Source: an uncultured Rhodospirillaceae bacterium (GTDB lineage: Bacteria > Pseudomonadota > Alphaproteobacteria > UBA8366). From it: 64,000 nucleotides of DNA. A program made the translations under genes and the position numbers. A model generated the notes under the pieces. That model made no database searches. It worked only from the letters and a program-made list of their open reading frames with translations, and was not told the DNA's origin. The DNA is taken from positions 66 to 64,065 of the forward strand of contig CAYPAV010000021.1 of NCBI GenBank assembly GCA_964408805.1, in the 5' to 3' direction. Below, piece after piece: positions 39,911 to 49,620 of this stretch. Positions within the stretch are counted from its first letter, which is position 1. Each line of letters begins with the position of its first letter.

Positions 39911-40267
39911 ATGCTACCGAGGCTTGGTATGAATTCAAACGATCTCTTGCGGAATTCCGGGGCGGCGAGCGCCCTCTTGAAAGCGATGGCGAATGAACGG
40001 CGTCTGGTCGTGCTCTGTCATCTGATGAAGGACGAGAAGTCGGTGGGCGAACTCGAGGGTTTGGTCGGTTTGAGCCAATCGGCCCTTTCGCAGCACCTCG
40101 CCCGCCTGCGCCGAAGCGGTATCGTCAAGACCCGCCGCGCCGCCCAGACGATCTATTACTCCCTGGAGGGGGAGGCGGCCCCGGCGGTCATGTCGCTGCT
40201 CGACGACCTCTACCGGGACGTGCCGGATTCCGACGTCACCGATTTGCCGCGAAACGCGACAGCCTGA
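39911..40267 (+). CDS. ArsR/SmtB-family transcriptional regulator
   Basis: Winged-HTH core LLKAMANERRLVVLCHLMKDEKSVGELEGLVGLSQSALSQHLARLRRSGIV. The start may instead be ATG 39929. Confidence 0.85.
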   Translation: MLPRLGMNSNDLLRNSGAASALLKAMANERRLVVLCHLMKDEKSVGELEGLVGLSQSALSQHLARLRRSGIVKTRRAAQTIYYSLEGEAAPAVMSLLDDLYRDVPDSDVTDLPRNATA

Positions 40268-40309
40268 TATTTCAAGAGACCCGGAAACCTCAAGGCCCGT
40301 CGATACCGT

Positions 40310-40870
40310 TCAGGATATTGGGTCCACCGCGAACGGCGATCGCTTCAATACCTCTCCATCGCGATAGATGCAGATTTTTCCAAGCACCATGTCAACCGAA
40401 TGACCGTCGGATGAGATCGGCAGCTGAATAGCGTCGAAAGCATAAAGATTCAGATTTTCGTGAACGATATCCGCGCGAACGTATATCGGCATGACTTCGC
40501 AAACGCATCGTTGATAAAGGAATAATGCCCCGTCGTGATAGGGCGGCTCGGATGCGCTGTACACCTCGCGCATGAGCTTGCCGGTATAGTCGCCGCCCAT
40601 GAAGGCGATGAAATCGGTTCCCATCAACCGGTAGCGGAAGTCATCGGCATCGATGTCCGCCTCGGCGATGAAGAGCGACCCGAGATGTTCCTTGAGCTCC
40701 AGGGGGTCGATGTGCCCACGGTGCGGGATCCGGCCGTCATGGTGTTTCCCGCGCCAATATTCGACGAACGCGGCGAATTCCGGATGGTCCGACAGATCGG
40801 GGTTAGCGGATACCGAAATGTCGCGGACGGCCTCCGGTGACAGTTTGGTTAGAAATGTCCCTGACGCCAT
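40310..40870 (-). CDS. Small PAS-like domain protein (alphaproteobacterial type); function unknown
   Basis: The pattern FAAFVEYWRGKHHDGRIPHRGHIDPLELKEHLGSLFIAE resembles the multi-copy small PAS-domain proteins of alphaproteobacteria. The assignment is tentative. Confidence 0.55.
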   Translation of the reverse strand: MASGTFLTKLSPEAVRDISVSANPDLSDHPEFAAFVEYWRGKHHDGRIPHRGHIDPLELKEHLGSLFIAEADIDADDFRYRLMGTDFIAFMGGDYTGKLMREVYSASEPPYHDGALFLYQRCVCEVMPIYVRADIVHENLNLYAFDAIQLPISSDGHSVDMVLGKICIYRDGEVLKRSPFAVDPIS

Positions 40871-40964
40871 GGGTTCCCGCCGCGGCCGGCTAACTTGAAC
40901 GAGCTTCATGGCCGGCGATCACGCCGCCGCCCGGCAATTGATCTATCCGATTGATTCCGATTCG

Positions 40965-41510
40965 TTAGGCGAAGGTATCGATGACCTTGCCCAATTCGCG
41001 GTCGGCGCGGGGTTCGGTGTTCGCGGTATCTTCGACTTCGCGCTTGTCGTCGACGATGCGCGTGAAATCGTCGCTGTCGAGACTGGCATTCGACTGTGCG
41101 ACTCCGGTTTGCAGCGCCTGCTCTGCGGAGGCGCTGTCCTGATTTGCGATCTGAACCGCCTGCTGTTGGGCGCGTTGTGCCGCTTCGCTCAAGTTGACCT
41201 CGACGGCTGCCGCACTCAACCCCTCGCGCTCCGCGTTCTGGCCGGCCGCGACCGCTTCCGCCTCTGTGGCTTCCTCGACATCGGCGAGTACCTGATCCTG
41301 CTGAACGTCGTCCAGGGAGGTGTCGAGCCGAGGCGGATTGTCGGAGGGATTCCCGGCACCCCGTTCAGCCTGCTCGATACGGCGATCGCCGGCGTTCTGG
41401 CCGTCCTTGTCGGTCTGGAGTTGCTGAGCGGCCTGCTGCTGTTCCTGCGATTGCAGAGTCGAGCGGGCAAGCTCCGCGGCTAGGGAGCCGGCTCCTGCGA
41501 TTTCTGTCAT
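40965..41510 (-). CDS. Hypothetical acidic Gln/Ala/Asp-rich protein (181 aa), probably disordered
   Basis: ATG 41510 is preceded by GGGGG. Third-position GC bias favours this strand over the overlapping + strand ORF. No family recognised. Confidence 0.5.
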   Translation of the reverse strand: MTEIAGAGSLAAELARSTLQSQEQQQAAQQLQTDKDGQNAGDRRIEQAERGAGNPSDNPPRLDTSLDDVQQDQVLADVEEATEAEAVAAGQNAEREGLSAAAVEVNLSEAAQRAQQQAVQIANQDSASAEQALQTGVAQSNASLDSDDFTRIVDDKREVEDTANTEPRADRELGKVIDTFA

Positions 41511-41629
41511 ATCTACCCCCGCATTCTGCGAGCGTTAACGGTCAAATTCTGGCACATTGATTTTAGTGTAAAATAGCGTGTGGAGTCAATGTGAGTCCGT
41601 AGGGGGCAGAGAATCCCTCTTTTTCGGCT

Positions 41630-42541
41630 TTAATCCAAGGCTCTGGGGTCGAGGGCGTCCTGCAGGCCGTCGCCGAGGAAATTGAAGGCGATCACGGTGA
41701 CGAAGATCATCAGGCCGGGCCAGGTCGCGAGCTCGGGGGACGACCAGATCAGGTCCTGGGCGTTGGTCAGCATGTTGCCCCAACTCGCGACCGGCGGCTG
41801 AATGCCAAGACCAAGGAAACTCAACACCGATTCGAACAGGATGATATTGCCGACCGACAGCGTCGTCGCCACGATGATCGGCGAGACCGCATTGGGCAGG
41901 ATATGGGTCAGCATAATCCGGCCTCGGCTCGCTCCCAAGGCCACCGCGGCGCGCACGAAATCTCGTCGGCGCAGGGCCCGGGTCTCGGCCCGGACGAGCC
42001 GCGCCACCGTGGTCCAGCCGACGGCGGAAACGATAATCACGATCTGATAGAGGCTGGCCGCCTCGGCATCCGCCACCATCGCAGGGAGGCCGAGCTTCTG
42101 GAGGTCAACGGCGGCGAGCACGATCAGGAGCGGCAGCAGCGGAAGCGCGATCACGCTGTCGGTCAAGCGCATCAAGAGTGCATCGAGCCGGCCGCCGTAA
42201 TAGCCGGCGACGATCCCGATGAAGGTACCGATGATCGCCGCGAAGAGGGCCGCCGCAACGCCGACCGCGAGCGAGACCCGCCCGCCGTGAAGGAGGCGCG
42301 CCAGGTGATCGCGGCCGATCTCGTCGGTGCCGAGTGGATGGGCAATTGAAGGCGGTAACAAGCGCTGGTGCAGGTCGGCGGTGAAGGCGTCGACGCCGAG
42401 TGCCGTTTCAATCCAGGGGGCCGCGATGGACAGGACCGCAAGGCCGAGGAGCACCAAAAGGCTACCGACAGCCAGCCGATGGCGAAGGAAGCGCCGCCAG
42501 GTCCGCGCCGCGATCCCCTGGCTCGTCGCGATCGCGCTCAT
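41630..42541 (-). CDS. ABC transporter permease (DppC/OppC-like)
   Basis: 303-aa multi-TM ORF with C-terminal FNFLGDGLQDALDPR. It overlaps the upstream permease gene by 4 nt. Confidence 0.85.
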   Translation of the reverse strand: MSAIATSQGIAARTWRRFLRHRLAVGSLLVLLGLAVLSIAAPWIETALGVDAFTADLHQRLLPPSIAHPLGTDEIGRDHLARLLHGGRVSLAVGVAAALFAAIIGTFIGIVAGYYGGRLDALLMRLTDSVIALPLLPLLIVLAAVDLQKLGLPAMVADAEAASLYQIVIIVSAVGWTTVARLVRAETRALRRRDFVRAAVALGASRGRIMLTHILPNAVSPIIVATTLSVGNIILFESVLSFLGLGIQPPVASWGNMLTNAQDLIWSSPELATWPGLMIFVTVIAFNFLGDGLQDALDPRALD

Positions 42542-43509
42542 TCCGCCGGTTCCTCGTCCAACAGTCCGACGCGAGGGTCGAGCCAGGCATGGCAGACATC
42601 GGCAAGGAAGTTTCCAAGCAGCGTGAACCCGGTGGCGAACAACAGCCCGACCAGCGCCAGGTTATAGTCGTTGCCCAGAATCGCGTCGTAGATCATCTTC
42701 CCCATGCCGCGCCAGCCGAACATGGTCTCGGTGATCAGGGCCCCGGAGAAGAGCCCGCCGAAGCTGAGCGCCACCACGGTGACGAGCGGCGTCAGGGCAT
42801 TGCGAAGCGCGTGGCCGGCGAGAACCCGGCGTTCGGTCAGGCCCTTGGCGCGAGCGGTGCGGACGTAATCCTGGCGGAGCGTCTGGATCATGCTGGCGCG
42901 CATGAAGCGGGTGAACCCGCCGACCGACAGGACGACCAGGGTCAGCACCGGAAGGGTCATGTGCCGAGCCCGGTCGACCAGGCCGCCGTCGCCGACTGTC
43001 GTCATGCCGCCCGCCGGCAGCCAGCCAAGGGTCACCGAGAATAGGATGATCGCCAGCAGGGCGAGCCAGAAGGGCGGCACCGAGATGCCGGCGAAACAGA
43101 ACATGTTGACCGCGTAATCAAGCCGGGAATAGGGCTTGCGCGCCGCCAGAATCCCGAGCGGAATGGCAATGGCGAGCGAGAGCAGGAGGGCCACGCCGAG
43201 CAACAGCACGGTGTTGAGCAGCCGGGGCAGGAGGATTTCAAGCGCCGGCTGGGTATAAACCCTGGAATGCCCGAAATCGCCCGCGAGCGCCGCTTGCAGC
43301 CAGTTCCAATAGCGTGTCGCGATCGGCTGATCGAGCCCATAGAGCGCCTTCAGGCGGACCGCATCGGCCGGTGTCAGACGCGGATCGCCGGCGATCATGA
43401 GATCGATCGGGTCGCCCGGCATCAGGCCGATCAACCCATAGATGGCGAACGACATCAGAAGCAGGACGGCGAGGCTTTCGGCCAGCCGAATGGCGAGAAA
43501 ACGCGCCAT
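42538..43509 (-). CDS. ABC transporter permease (DppB/OppB-like)
   Basis: 323-aa multi-TM ORF containing DYVRTARAKGL and C-terminal LADVCHAWLDPRV. Confidence 0.85.
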   Translation of the reverse strand: MARFLAIRLAESLAVLLLMSFAIYGLIGLMPGDPIDLMIAGDPRLTPADAVRLKALYGLDQPIATRYWNWLQAALAGDFGHSRVYTQPALEILLPRLLNTVLLLGVALLLSLAIAIPLGILAARKPYSRLDYAVNMFCFAGISVPPFWLALLAIILFSVTLGWLPAGGMTTVGDGGLVDRARHMTLPVLTLVVLSVGGFTRFMRASMIQTLRQDYVRTARAKGLTERRVLAGHALRNALTPLVTVVALSFGGLFSGALITETMFGWRGMGKMIYDAILGNDYNLALVGLLFATGFTLLGNFLADVCHAWLDPRVGLLDEEPAE

Positions 43510-43529
43510 CTATTCGAGTCTCCCCGGCT

Positions 43530-45197
43530 TCATTCCGGCCGGCCCTCCGCGTACCAATCCTCGACCCATAGGGTCGTGCTGTATTGATGACCGGTTGGGC
43601 GGACACCCTTCAGCCACTTCGGTAGGATGAAGGGGCTGGCCCGGAAGTAAAGCGGTAGCACCGGAAGATCGGTCGAATAGATCGCCTGCATCCGCTTCCA
43701 GGCCTTCCGGTTGGCCTTCGGCTCGCACCGGGTTTCGAGATCGTCGAGCGCCTTGTCCATGGCCGCGCTCTTGAAGCCCGGATAGTTCTGTCCCGACCAG
43801 CCGTTCGCCTCGCTCGGCACCATCTCGGAATGGAGGGTCGAGCGCGGAATGTTGCGGGGTGAGGAGAGCCAGGCATACATGGCGAGGCCGCGGAATTTCC
43901 GCCGGGTCACCGTATCGCCGAAGAAGACCCGAGGCGGCTCGTTCCTGATGCGGACATCAAAGCCGGCCCGGCGCCATTGGCTCTGCAGCACCTGTTCGAT
44001 CAATTCGCGGGTCTTGTTGCCGGCGGTGGTCATGAGAACGAAGCGGAGCGGCGTTCCCGCCGCATTCCGGCGGATCTCGCGGGGGCCGTCCCGCATCCAG
44101 CCGGCCGCGCGCAGCAATCGATCGGCAGCCTTGCGGTCGTAGGCGTATTTCGGAATATCGGGATTGTGGACCCGGTCGAGCGGGTTGGTCTGGCCGTGCG
44201 CCACCGGTTGGTGGCCGGCGAACAGGATCTTGCTGATCGCTGCGCGGTCGATCGAATGCAGCAGCGCCTGGCGCACCCGCTTGTCGCCCAAGGTGGGGTG
44301 ATCGAGGTTGACGTCGAGATGCTCGTAAATCAGCCCCGGCTTGTAGAGAAAGCGGAAGCGCTTGCCTGCGCGTTTCTCGAAGGCGAGTGCTTGGTCCAGC
44401 GATAGGCCAAGCTCGCCGGCGATATAGTCGACCCCGCCCGAGAGCAGATTGGCGGTGATCGCCGCGGTGTTCTCGATCGCTTTGACGATGATACGATCGA
44501 AATAGGGCCGTTTGCCCCACCAGCGGGGGTTCCGCTCGAATACCACATGGGCGCCGGCGGAAACCTCGACGACGCGGTAGGGACCGAACCAGAGGCCCGG
44601 ATTGGTGGTGTCGCGCTCATAGGCGCTGCGGGTCCTGTATTCGCGGGGGTCGGTAAAATTCGGCCGGTCGATATGCGCCGGCAGTAGCGAGAAGCCGTAT
44701 CGCCCGGCGAAGTCGCAGGTCCGCTTCTTGATATGCAGCGTGTAGCGCTTGTCGTTATGGACATCGATCTTGGTGATGCGCTGGAAGGTCTCGAAATCGC
44801 CGACCCCGGTCAATTTGTTGCGGCCGACTTCCCAGGTGAACAGAACGTCCTTGGTCGTGATCGGCGTGCCGTCGGACCATTCGGCCTTTGGGTCGATCGT
44901 ATAGGTCACCGCGATGCCGTCCTTGCCGTCGGCGGTCTTCTCGGGCCGGGCGGTGCCTTTCTCCAAACTCGGCAGCTCGGTGCAGAGGAGGCAGGTAAGT
45001 GTCCAATCCGCGTCATACACGACGAGCGGCCGGCGCGCGAGCGCCAGCATGTAGGATTTGGCCAGCATGCTGTCGATCAGCGGGTTGAAGTTGCTCGGGA
45101 ATTGGCTGATCGCGATGACCAGCGTCTTCGGCGCCGCCAATGCGGGAAAGGCGAGGAGACAGAAAACGATGGCGAGATGGATGACGACGCGTTTCAT
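43530..45197 (-). CDS. ABC transporter substrate-binding protein, family 5
   Basis: Signal peptide MKRVVIHLAIVFCLLAFPALAAP; 555 aa. It heads the two permease genes. Confidence 0.85.
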   Translation of the reverse strand: MKRVVIHLAIVFCLLAFPALAAPKTLVIAISQFPSNFNPLIDSMLAKSYMLALARRPLVVYDADWTLTCLLCTELPSLEKGTARPEKTADGKDGIAVTYTIDPKAEWSDGTPITTKDVLFTWEVGRNKLTGVGDFETFQRITKIDVHNDKRYTLHIKKRTCDFAGRYGFSLLPAHIDRPNFTDPREYRTRSAYERDTTNPGLWFGPYRVVEVSAGAHVVFERNPRWWGKRPYFDRIIVKAIENTAAITANLLSGGVDYIAGELGLSLDQALAFEKRAGKRFRFLYKPGLIYEHLDVNLDHPTLGDKRVRQALLHSIDRAAISKILFAGHQPVAHGQTNPLDRVHNPDIPKYAYDRKAADRLLRAAGWMRDGPREIRRNAAGTPLRFVLMTTAGNKTRELIEQVLQSQWRRAGFDVRIRNEPPRVFFGDTVTRRKFRGLAMYAWLSSPRNIPRSTLHSEMVPSEANGWSGQNYPGFKSAAMDKALDDLETRCEPKANRKAWKRMQAIYSTDLPVLPLYFRASPFILPKWLKGVRPTGHQYSTTLWVEDWYAEGRPE

Positions 45198-45339
45198 TGG
45201 TGCTCTTCGGTTCGAGGCGGGGCGATGTTAGCACTCCCTATGCGCCGCGCGAAGCGGTCCCGTTTCAGTGCCTTTTTCTAGGGTCCGCCATCGTGTATCT
45301 TCGCCCGCCGTTTACACCCGAGTGCCTTTCTCGCATCCC

Positions 45340-46467
45340 ATGGCCGAGACACATCTGATTTTCGAGGGCTGGCGCTTCGTTCCGCATTCGAGCGCGGTCG
45401 TCCATCAGTTCCATTGCCTCGAGGCCACGCGTCGGCCGGAAATAAAACTGTCGCTTCGCGACCGTCCCTTCAACGGGCATTGGGGCCAGGTCGGGGGCAT
45501 GCTGCCGCAAGCCTATGAGGCGACGCTGCAAGGCATCCCCCTGGCGCCCGAGGAAGAGGCGGCCGCCGCCGTCATCCGCATCGACTATCCCTGCGATCCA
45601 ACGCCGGCACCGGGGGCGGGGCGTACTCTCGTCATGGCGGCGCCGGGCGCCGGCTCGACGACGTCGGTGGCGCTTCGGGGCGAGCGTGGGCTCGTCGAGG
45701 CGGCGGAAGAAGTGGAAATCCTGACCCCGTCCGAATTCGCCCGCCAGGGGCTGCTTCGGCTCGGTGTTCCGGCCGAACGGGTCCATGTCGTCCCGCGTGG
45801 TATCGACCCCGGGTTTTTGCGTCCGGCCGCGGCACCCGAACGCGACGGGCTCCGCGAACGCTTCGGTTGGAAGGACGAGTTCGTCTTTCTTGCGGTCGGC
45901 GCGATGTCCGACAACAAAGGGATCGATCTTCTGCTTCACGCCTTCGCCGCCGTGCTGACCCAACATCCGGAGGCTCGGCTCGTCCTCAAGGGGATCGATT
46001 CGATCTATCGCTCGAAAGATCTTCTCACCGGTCTCCTCCGCCGGGTCCCGGCCGAGGTCAAAGCCGCCGTCGAACCGCGGATGACCTATATCGGCGGCAA
46101 TTACACCTTCGTCGACATGACCCGGCTCTATCAATGCGCCGATGTGCTCGTGGCCCCCTATTACGCCGAGGCCTTCTGCTTGCCGGTGCTGGAGGCGGCG
46201 GCCTGCGGCTTGCCGTCGATCTGCACCGCCGGCGGCCCGACCGACGAATTCACGACCGAGGATTTCGCGCGCCGGATCAACGCGAGCTTCGATGCGGCGA
46301 GCGGAACCCTCCGGCCCGACGTCGATCACCTCGCACAGCTGATGGCGGGGGCCATCGGCGATGCGACCTGGCGCCAGCGAGCCGGCGGCGTCGCCCCACA
46401 ATATGTGGGCCAGCTCCACACCTGGCGGCATTCGTTCGAACGGCTGCTGCGGGTGCTTGGACTATGA
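45340..46467 (+). CDS. Glycosyltransferase, GT-B fold (family 1/4-like)
   Basis: C-terminal EAFCLPVLEAAACGLPSICTAGGPTDEF (an E-x7-E-like motif). ATG 45340 was chosen (MAETHLIFEGW). Confidence 0.75.
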   Translation: MAETHLIFEGWRFVPHSSAVVHQFHCLEATRRPEIKLSLRDRPFNGHWGQVGGMLPQAYEATLQGIPLAPEEEAAAAVIRIDYPCDPTPAPGAGRTLVMAAPGAGSTTSVALRGERGLVEAAEEVEILTPSEFARQGLLRLGVPAERVHVVPRGIDPGFLRPAAAPERDGLRERFGWKDEFVFLAVGAMSDNKGIDLLLHAFAAVLTQHPEARLVLKGIDSIYRSKDLLTGLLRRVPAEVKAAVEPRMTYIGGNYTFVDMTRLYQCADVLVAPYYAEAFCLPVLEAAACGLPSICTAGGPTDEFTTEDFARRINASFDAASGTLRPDVDHLAQLMAGAIGDATWRQRAGGVAPQYVGQLHTWRHSFERLLRVLGL

Positions 46468-46474
46468 TCGCGCC

Positions 46475-47545
46475 ATGACCGCGGCACCCGGCCCCATCGT
46501 TCCGTTCGAGCCCATCGAGGGTCCCCTCGTTTGGACCGCGCCGGAGCTCGCCGCCCGGGATGATTGGATCCACGATTTCGACGATGCCGAAGTGGGAGAG
46601 ATCGAGGCCGCTCTCGGCGCGGTGCGCGGCCGTGGAATCGAGATCACGAATATCGTGCGCAACGATTTTTCCTTGCCTCGGCTGGGCGCGCGTCTCGCGG
46701 CATGGCGACGCGAACTGGTCGAAGGGCCGGGTGTCCGGCTCGCGCGCGGCCTGCCGGTCGAACGCTGGTCGCCCTGGGAACGGGCGGCCGCTTACTGGGG
46801 TTTGGGCCTTCATATCGGCGACCCGGTCTCCCAGAACCGCGACGGCCATGTGCTGGGGCACGTGAAGGATATCGGGGGCGCCTTCAACGACATGAATGAC
46901 AGGGCGGGATACAAGTCCCGGGCGCGCCTGCCGTTTCATACCGATGTCGGCGCCGACGTGGTCGGGCTTCTCTGTCTCGAGCAGGGAACGAGCGGCGGCA
47001 GGAGCCATGTCGCCAACGCACTGGCACTTCACAACGCGATGCTGGAAGAGGATCCGGAGATGGTGCGCCTTCTCTCCGTGCCCCTCCATCGCGACCGGCG
47101 GGGTGAACACCTCCCCGGCAAGGGACCGACCTATCGCGCGCCCGTCTTCGCCTATCATGCCGGCTATATGACGGTAACGTATGTTCGCCGCTTCATCGAT
47201 TCAGCACCTCGGCATCCCGGCGTGGCGCCGCTTTCGGCGGAAACGATCGCCGCTCTCGACCGCTTGGAAGCGCTTTGCGAGAGCGACACGCTTCGTCTCG
47301 ATATGGAATTCCGGCCGGGCGACATTCAGTGGATAAATAACTTGGTGACGTTTCACGGGCGCGGCGAATTCGCCGACGGTGCGAGACAAAAACGCCACCT
47401 GCTCCGTCTCTGGCTCCAGATACCGGAGGGCTGGCCCTTGCCGGACTGCCATTACGAGCGCTTCGGCGAGGCCGGCGATCCGGGTCGTCCGCGCGGCCTG
47501 CTACCGCCGGGAACCCCGCTGGTGGCGCCGCTCGATGTCGAGTGA
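46475..47545 (+). CDS. TauD/TfdA-family Fe(II)/2-oxoglutarate dioxygenase
   Basis: The H-x-D in LPFHTDVGAD and a distal His in VTFHGRGEF. ATG 46475. Confidence 0.75.
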   Translation: MTAAPGPIVPFEPIEGPLVWTAPELAARDDWIHDFDDAEVGEIEAALGAVRGRGIEITNIVRNDFSLPRLGARLAAWRRELVEGPGVRLARGLPVERWSPWERAAAYWGLGLHIGDPVSQNRDGHVLGHVKDIGGAFNDMNDRAGYKSRARLPFHTDVGADVVGLLCLEQGTSGGRSHVANALALHNAMLEEDPEMVRLLSVPLHRDRRGEHLPGKGPTYRAPVFAYHAGYMTVTYVRRFIDSAPRHPGVAPLSAETIAALDRLEALCESDTLRLDMEFRPGDIQWINNLVTFHGRGEFADGARQKRHLLRLWLQIPEGWPLPDCHYERFGEAGDPGRPRGLLPPGTPLVAPLDVE

Positions 47546-47557
47546 GCCTGCCCTTTG

Positions 47558-47848
47558 TCAGACGGCGTCGATGATGGCGCGATAGGCGTCTTCGGGAAAG
47601 GCCTTCAGCGTCGTCGTATGCACGTCGCCGGCGGCGCCCATCCGCAGCATGAAGGTCGCCGCCGTCGCATCGTCCGGAAAGTCGCAAAGCGCCACCAAGT
47701 CGTAGGAACTCATGGTCAGATAGATATGCTCGATTTCGCCGCCCAGATCCTCGGCGACGGTGCGGGCATTTTCGGCCCAGTTCGATCCTCGTTTGAGATT
47801 CTTCAGGCCTTGTTCCGTGTAGTTCATCAAGCCGATATAAATTGGCAC
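47558..47848 (-). CDS. GYD-domain protein
   Basis: VPIYIGLMNYTEQGLKNL...GGEIEHIYLTMSSYDLVALCDFPDD. GTG 47848 is preceded by GGGGAGAG. Confidence 0.75.
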   Translation of the reverse strand: MPIYIGLMNYTEQGLKNLKRGSNWAENARTVAEDLGGEIEHIYLTMSSYDLVALCDFPDDATAATFMLRMGAAGDVHTTTLKAFPEDAYRAIIDAV

Positions 47849-47943
47849 GGCTCTCTCCCCGTCTTTTTTGTTTTCCGCGTTGAGGGGCAGTATAGCGCGA
47901 ATCGGCGGCAATTGTTAATTGGCCGGGCCGGACCCATCCATCC

Positions 47944-48759
47944 TCAGTCGTCCCGGAACCGTGCGTCCCGCCAGGCGATCGCGGCCTTCACTCCTTTCTC
48001 GCGCCGAATTCGGGCGAATTCCGCCTTTTCCGGACTCGATCCCGCATTGAGCAGCACATCGATATCAAGCGCCGCCCCAAGCGCGCCCGAGAAGCCCATT
48101 CGCTCATAGCTTTCGTTGATCGCGCGCTTGGTCAGGGTGACCGACCGTTCGGCCGCCGTGGCGACGGCGCGGGCCTTGGCGAGCGTCGCGTCAAAGACCT
48201 CGTCCGCGGGATAAAGCCGGTTGACGATCCCCATGCGAAAGGCATCTTCGGCACTCAGCCGGTCCTCGCCCGTCAGCAGAATTTCCTTCGCGTGTTTGGG
48301 CCCGGTCGCCCAGGGCAGCAACATCGCCACGATGCCGGTGCCGAACCGGACCTCGGGCTCGCCGAAGACCGCGTCGTCGGCCGCCAGGGTCAGATCGCAG
48401 GCCAGCGCCAACTCGAAGGCGCCGGCTAGGCAATAGCCGTGGACCGCGGCAAGCGTCGGCGTGGCCGCGTGCCAGAACTGCATGATGAAGTCGAACTGGA
48501 AGCGCATCTGATCTTCCCAATCCTGCACCGTCTCCAACTCGTGCCCGGCGGCACCCTGAAGGTCGAAGCCGGCGGAGAAGGCCCGTCCGGCACCCCGAAC
48601 CACGATCGCGCGGATCGCCGCGTCGGCATCCAGCTCCGCCATCACGGCCGTGGTCTCCGCCATCAGCGGATTATGGAAGGCGTTCAGCACCTTCGGCCGG
48701 TTGAAGGTGAGGATGGCGACGGCGTCTTGCCGCTCGACGGTGATGAATTCGTACGGCAT
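47944..48759 (-). CDS. Enoyl-CoA hydratase/isomerase (crotonase) family protein
   Basis: AILTFNRPKVLNAF, VVRGAGRAFSAGFDL, GYCLAGAFELALACD. Confidence 0.85.
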   Translation of the reverse strand: MPYEFITVERQDAVAILTFNRPKVLNAFHNPLMAETTAVMAELDADAAIRAIVVRGAGRAFSAGFDLQGAAGHELETVQDWEDQMRFQFDFIMQFWHAATPTLAAVHGYCLAGAFELALACDLTLAADDAVFGEPEVRFGTGIVAMLLPWATGPKHAKEILLTGEDRLSAEDAFRMGIVNRLYPADEVFDATLAKARAVATAAERSVTLTKRAINESYERMGFSGALGAALDIDVLLNAGSSPEKAEFARIRREKGVKAAIAWRDARFRDD

Positions 48760-48780
48760 GGGGGTCGGTCTCCGGTCGGG

Positions 48781-49218
48781 TCAGTCGCGGTCGGGCATGG
48801 GCAGGATGTTCGGCATGCTCTCGTATTGCGCCACCTCGTCGGCGATCTCGTAGAAGTCGCCTTTCTCCTCGATGAAGATATGGCGCTGGAGGGCGAGCTC
48901 GGTCGGCGCCGCCATCGAGCCGAGTCCGATCGCGATATAGGGAGCCGTCAGCGGGTCGAAGAACAGGCTCGACCCGCAGCGCTTGCAGAACCCCCGCCGC
49001 GCCCGGTCCGAGGAGGCGTACCAGGTCAGGCACTCGTCGGGGTCGTTGATCTCCAGCCGATCCTCGTAGGCGGCCGTCGCCATCCAGAACCCGCCGGAGG
49101 CTTGGCGACACTCGGCGCAATGGCAAGCGGTTCCCGCCCGCAGCGGCCCTTGCACCTCGTATTGTATGGCGCCGCAAAGACAATGGCCGATTTTTACTTC
49201 ATTTTTATCGGGAATCAT
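48781..49218 (-). CDS. GFA-family (glutathione-dependent formaldehyde-activating-like) zinc protein
   Basis: GHCLCGAIQYEV...CHCAECRQASGG...FCKRCGS cysteine pattern. Confidence 0.8.
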   Translation of the reverse strand: MIPDKNEVKIGHCLCGAIQYEVQGPLRAGTACHCAECRQASGGFWMATAAYEDRLEINDPDECLTWYASSDRARRGFCKRCGSSLFFDPLTAPYIAIGLGSMAAPTELALQRHIFIEEKGDFYEIADEVAQYESMPNILPMPDRD

Positions 49219-49274
49219 TTTAACGTCTCCAATAAAAATTAAATAAAAAATTCTGAATTCTTGAATTTATTAAA

Positions 49275-49586
49275 TCAATTTGATTTTTGTTTTAATATAT
49301 ACTGTGAATTTACGAAATCCCCGAAGACATGATCAAGCGCGGGATGCCGGATCGGCAGGCCGCTCGAATCCGGTTCCAGGTTTTGTTCGGCGACATAGGT
49401 GGTGTGGGCCGCCTCATGGACCAGCACGTGATACCACGGCCGGTCCCTCGGCGGGCGCGAGCGCGCCATTTGCGCGTACCATTCCTCGGTCCCCTGGAAA
49501 TCCGCATCGACATCGAACACCACCCCCCGATAGTCGAAGAGCCGATGGTGCACCAACTGCCCGATCCGAAACCGCGCCTCGCTCAT
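49275..49586 (-). CDS. hspQ: Heat-shock protein HspQ (YccV hemimethylated-DNA-binding domain)
   Basis: RFRIGQLVHHRLFDYRGVVFDVDADF...PWYHVLVHEAAHTTYVAEQNLE. Confidence 0.85.
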   Translation of the reverse strand: MSEARFRIGQLVHHRLFDYRGVVFDVDADFQGTEEWYAQMARSRPPRDRPWYHVLVHEAAHTTYVAEQNLEPDSSGLPIRHPALDHVFGDFVNSQYILKQKSN

Positions 49587-49620
49587 TTCGTGCCGCCGTT
49601 CCTACAAGGTTGCCTTCTTC

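Noticed and set aside
40908-41483. 191-aa plus-strand ORF opposite the acidic ORF
   Set aside because: It is a Leu/Arg/Gly-rich shadow-type translation. Third-position GC and a GGGGG SD favour the minus-strand ORF.
49210-49320. Strongly AT-rich ~100-bp tract between the GFA gene start and the hspQ 3' end, considered as a possible mobile-element scar
   Set aside because: I found no terminal repeats or duplications. It most simply serves as the promoter/UP region of the GFA gene plus the AT-rich hspQ tail.
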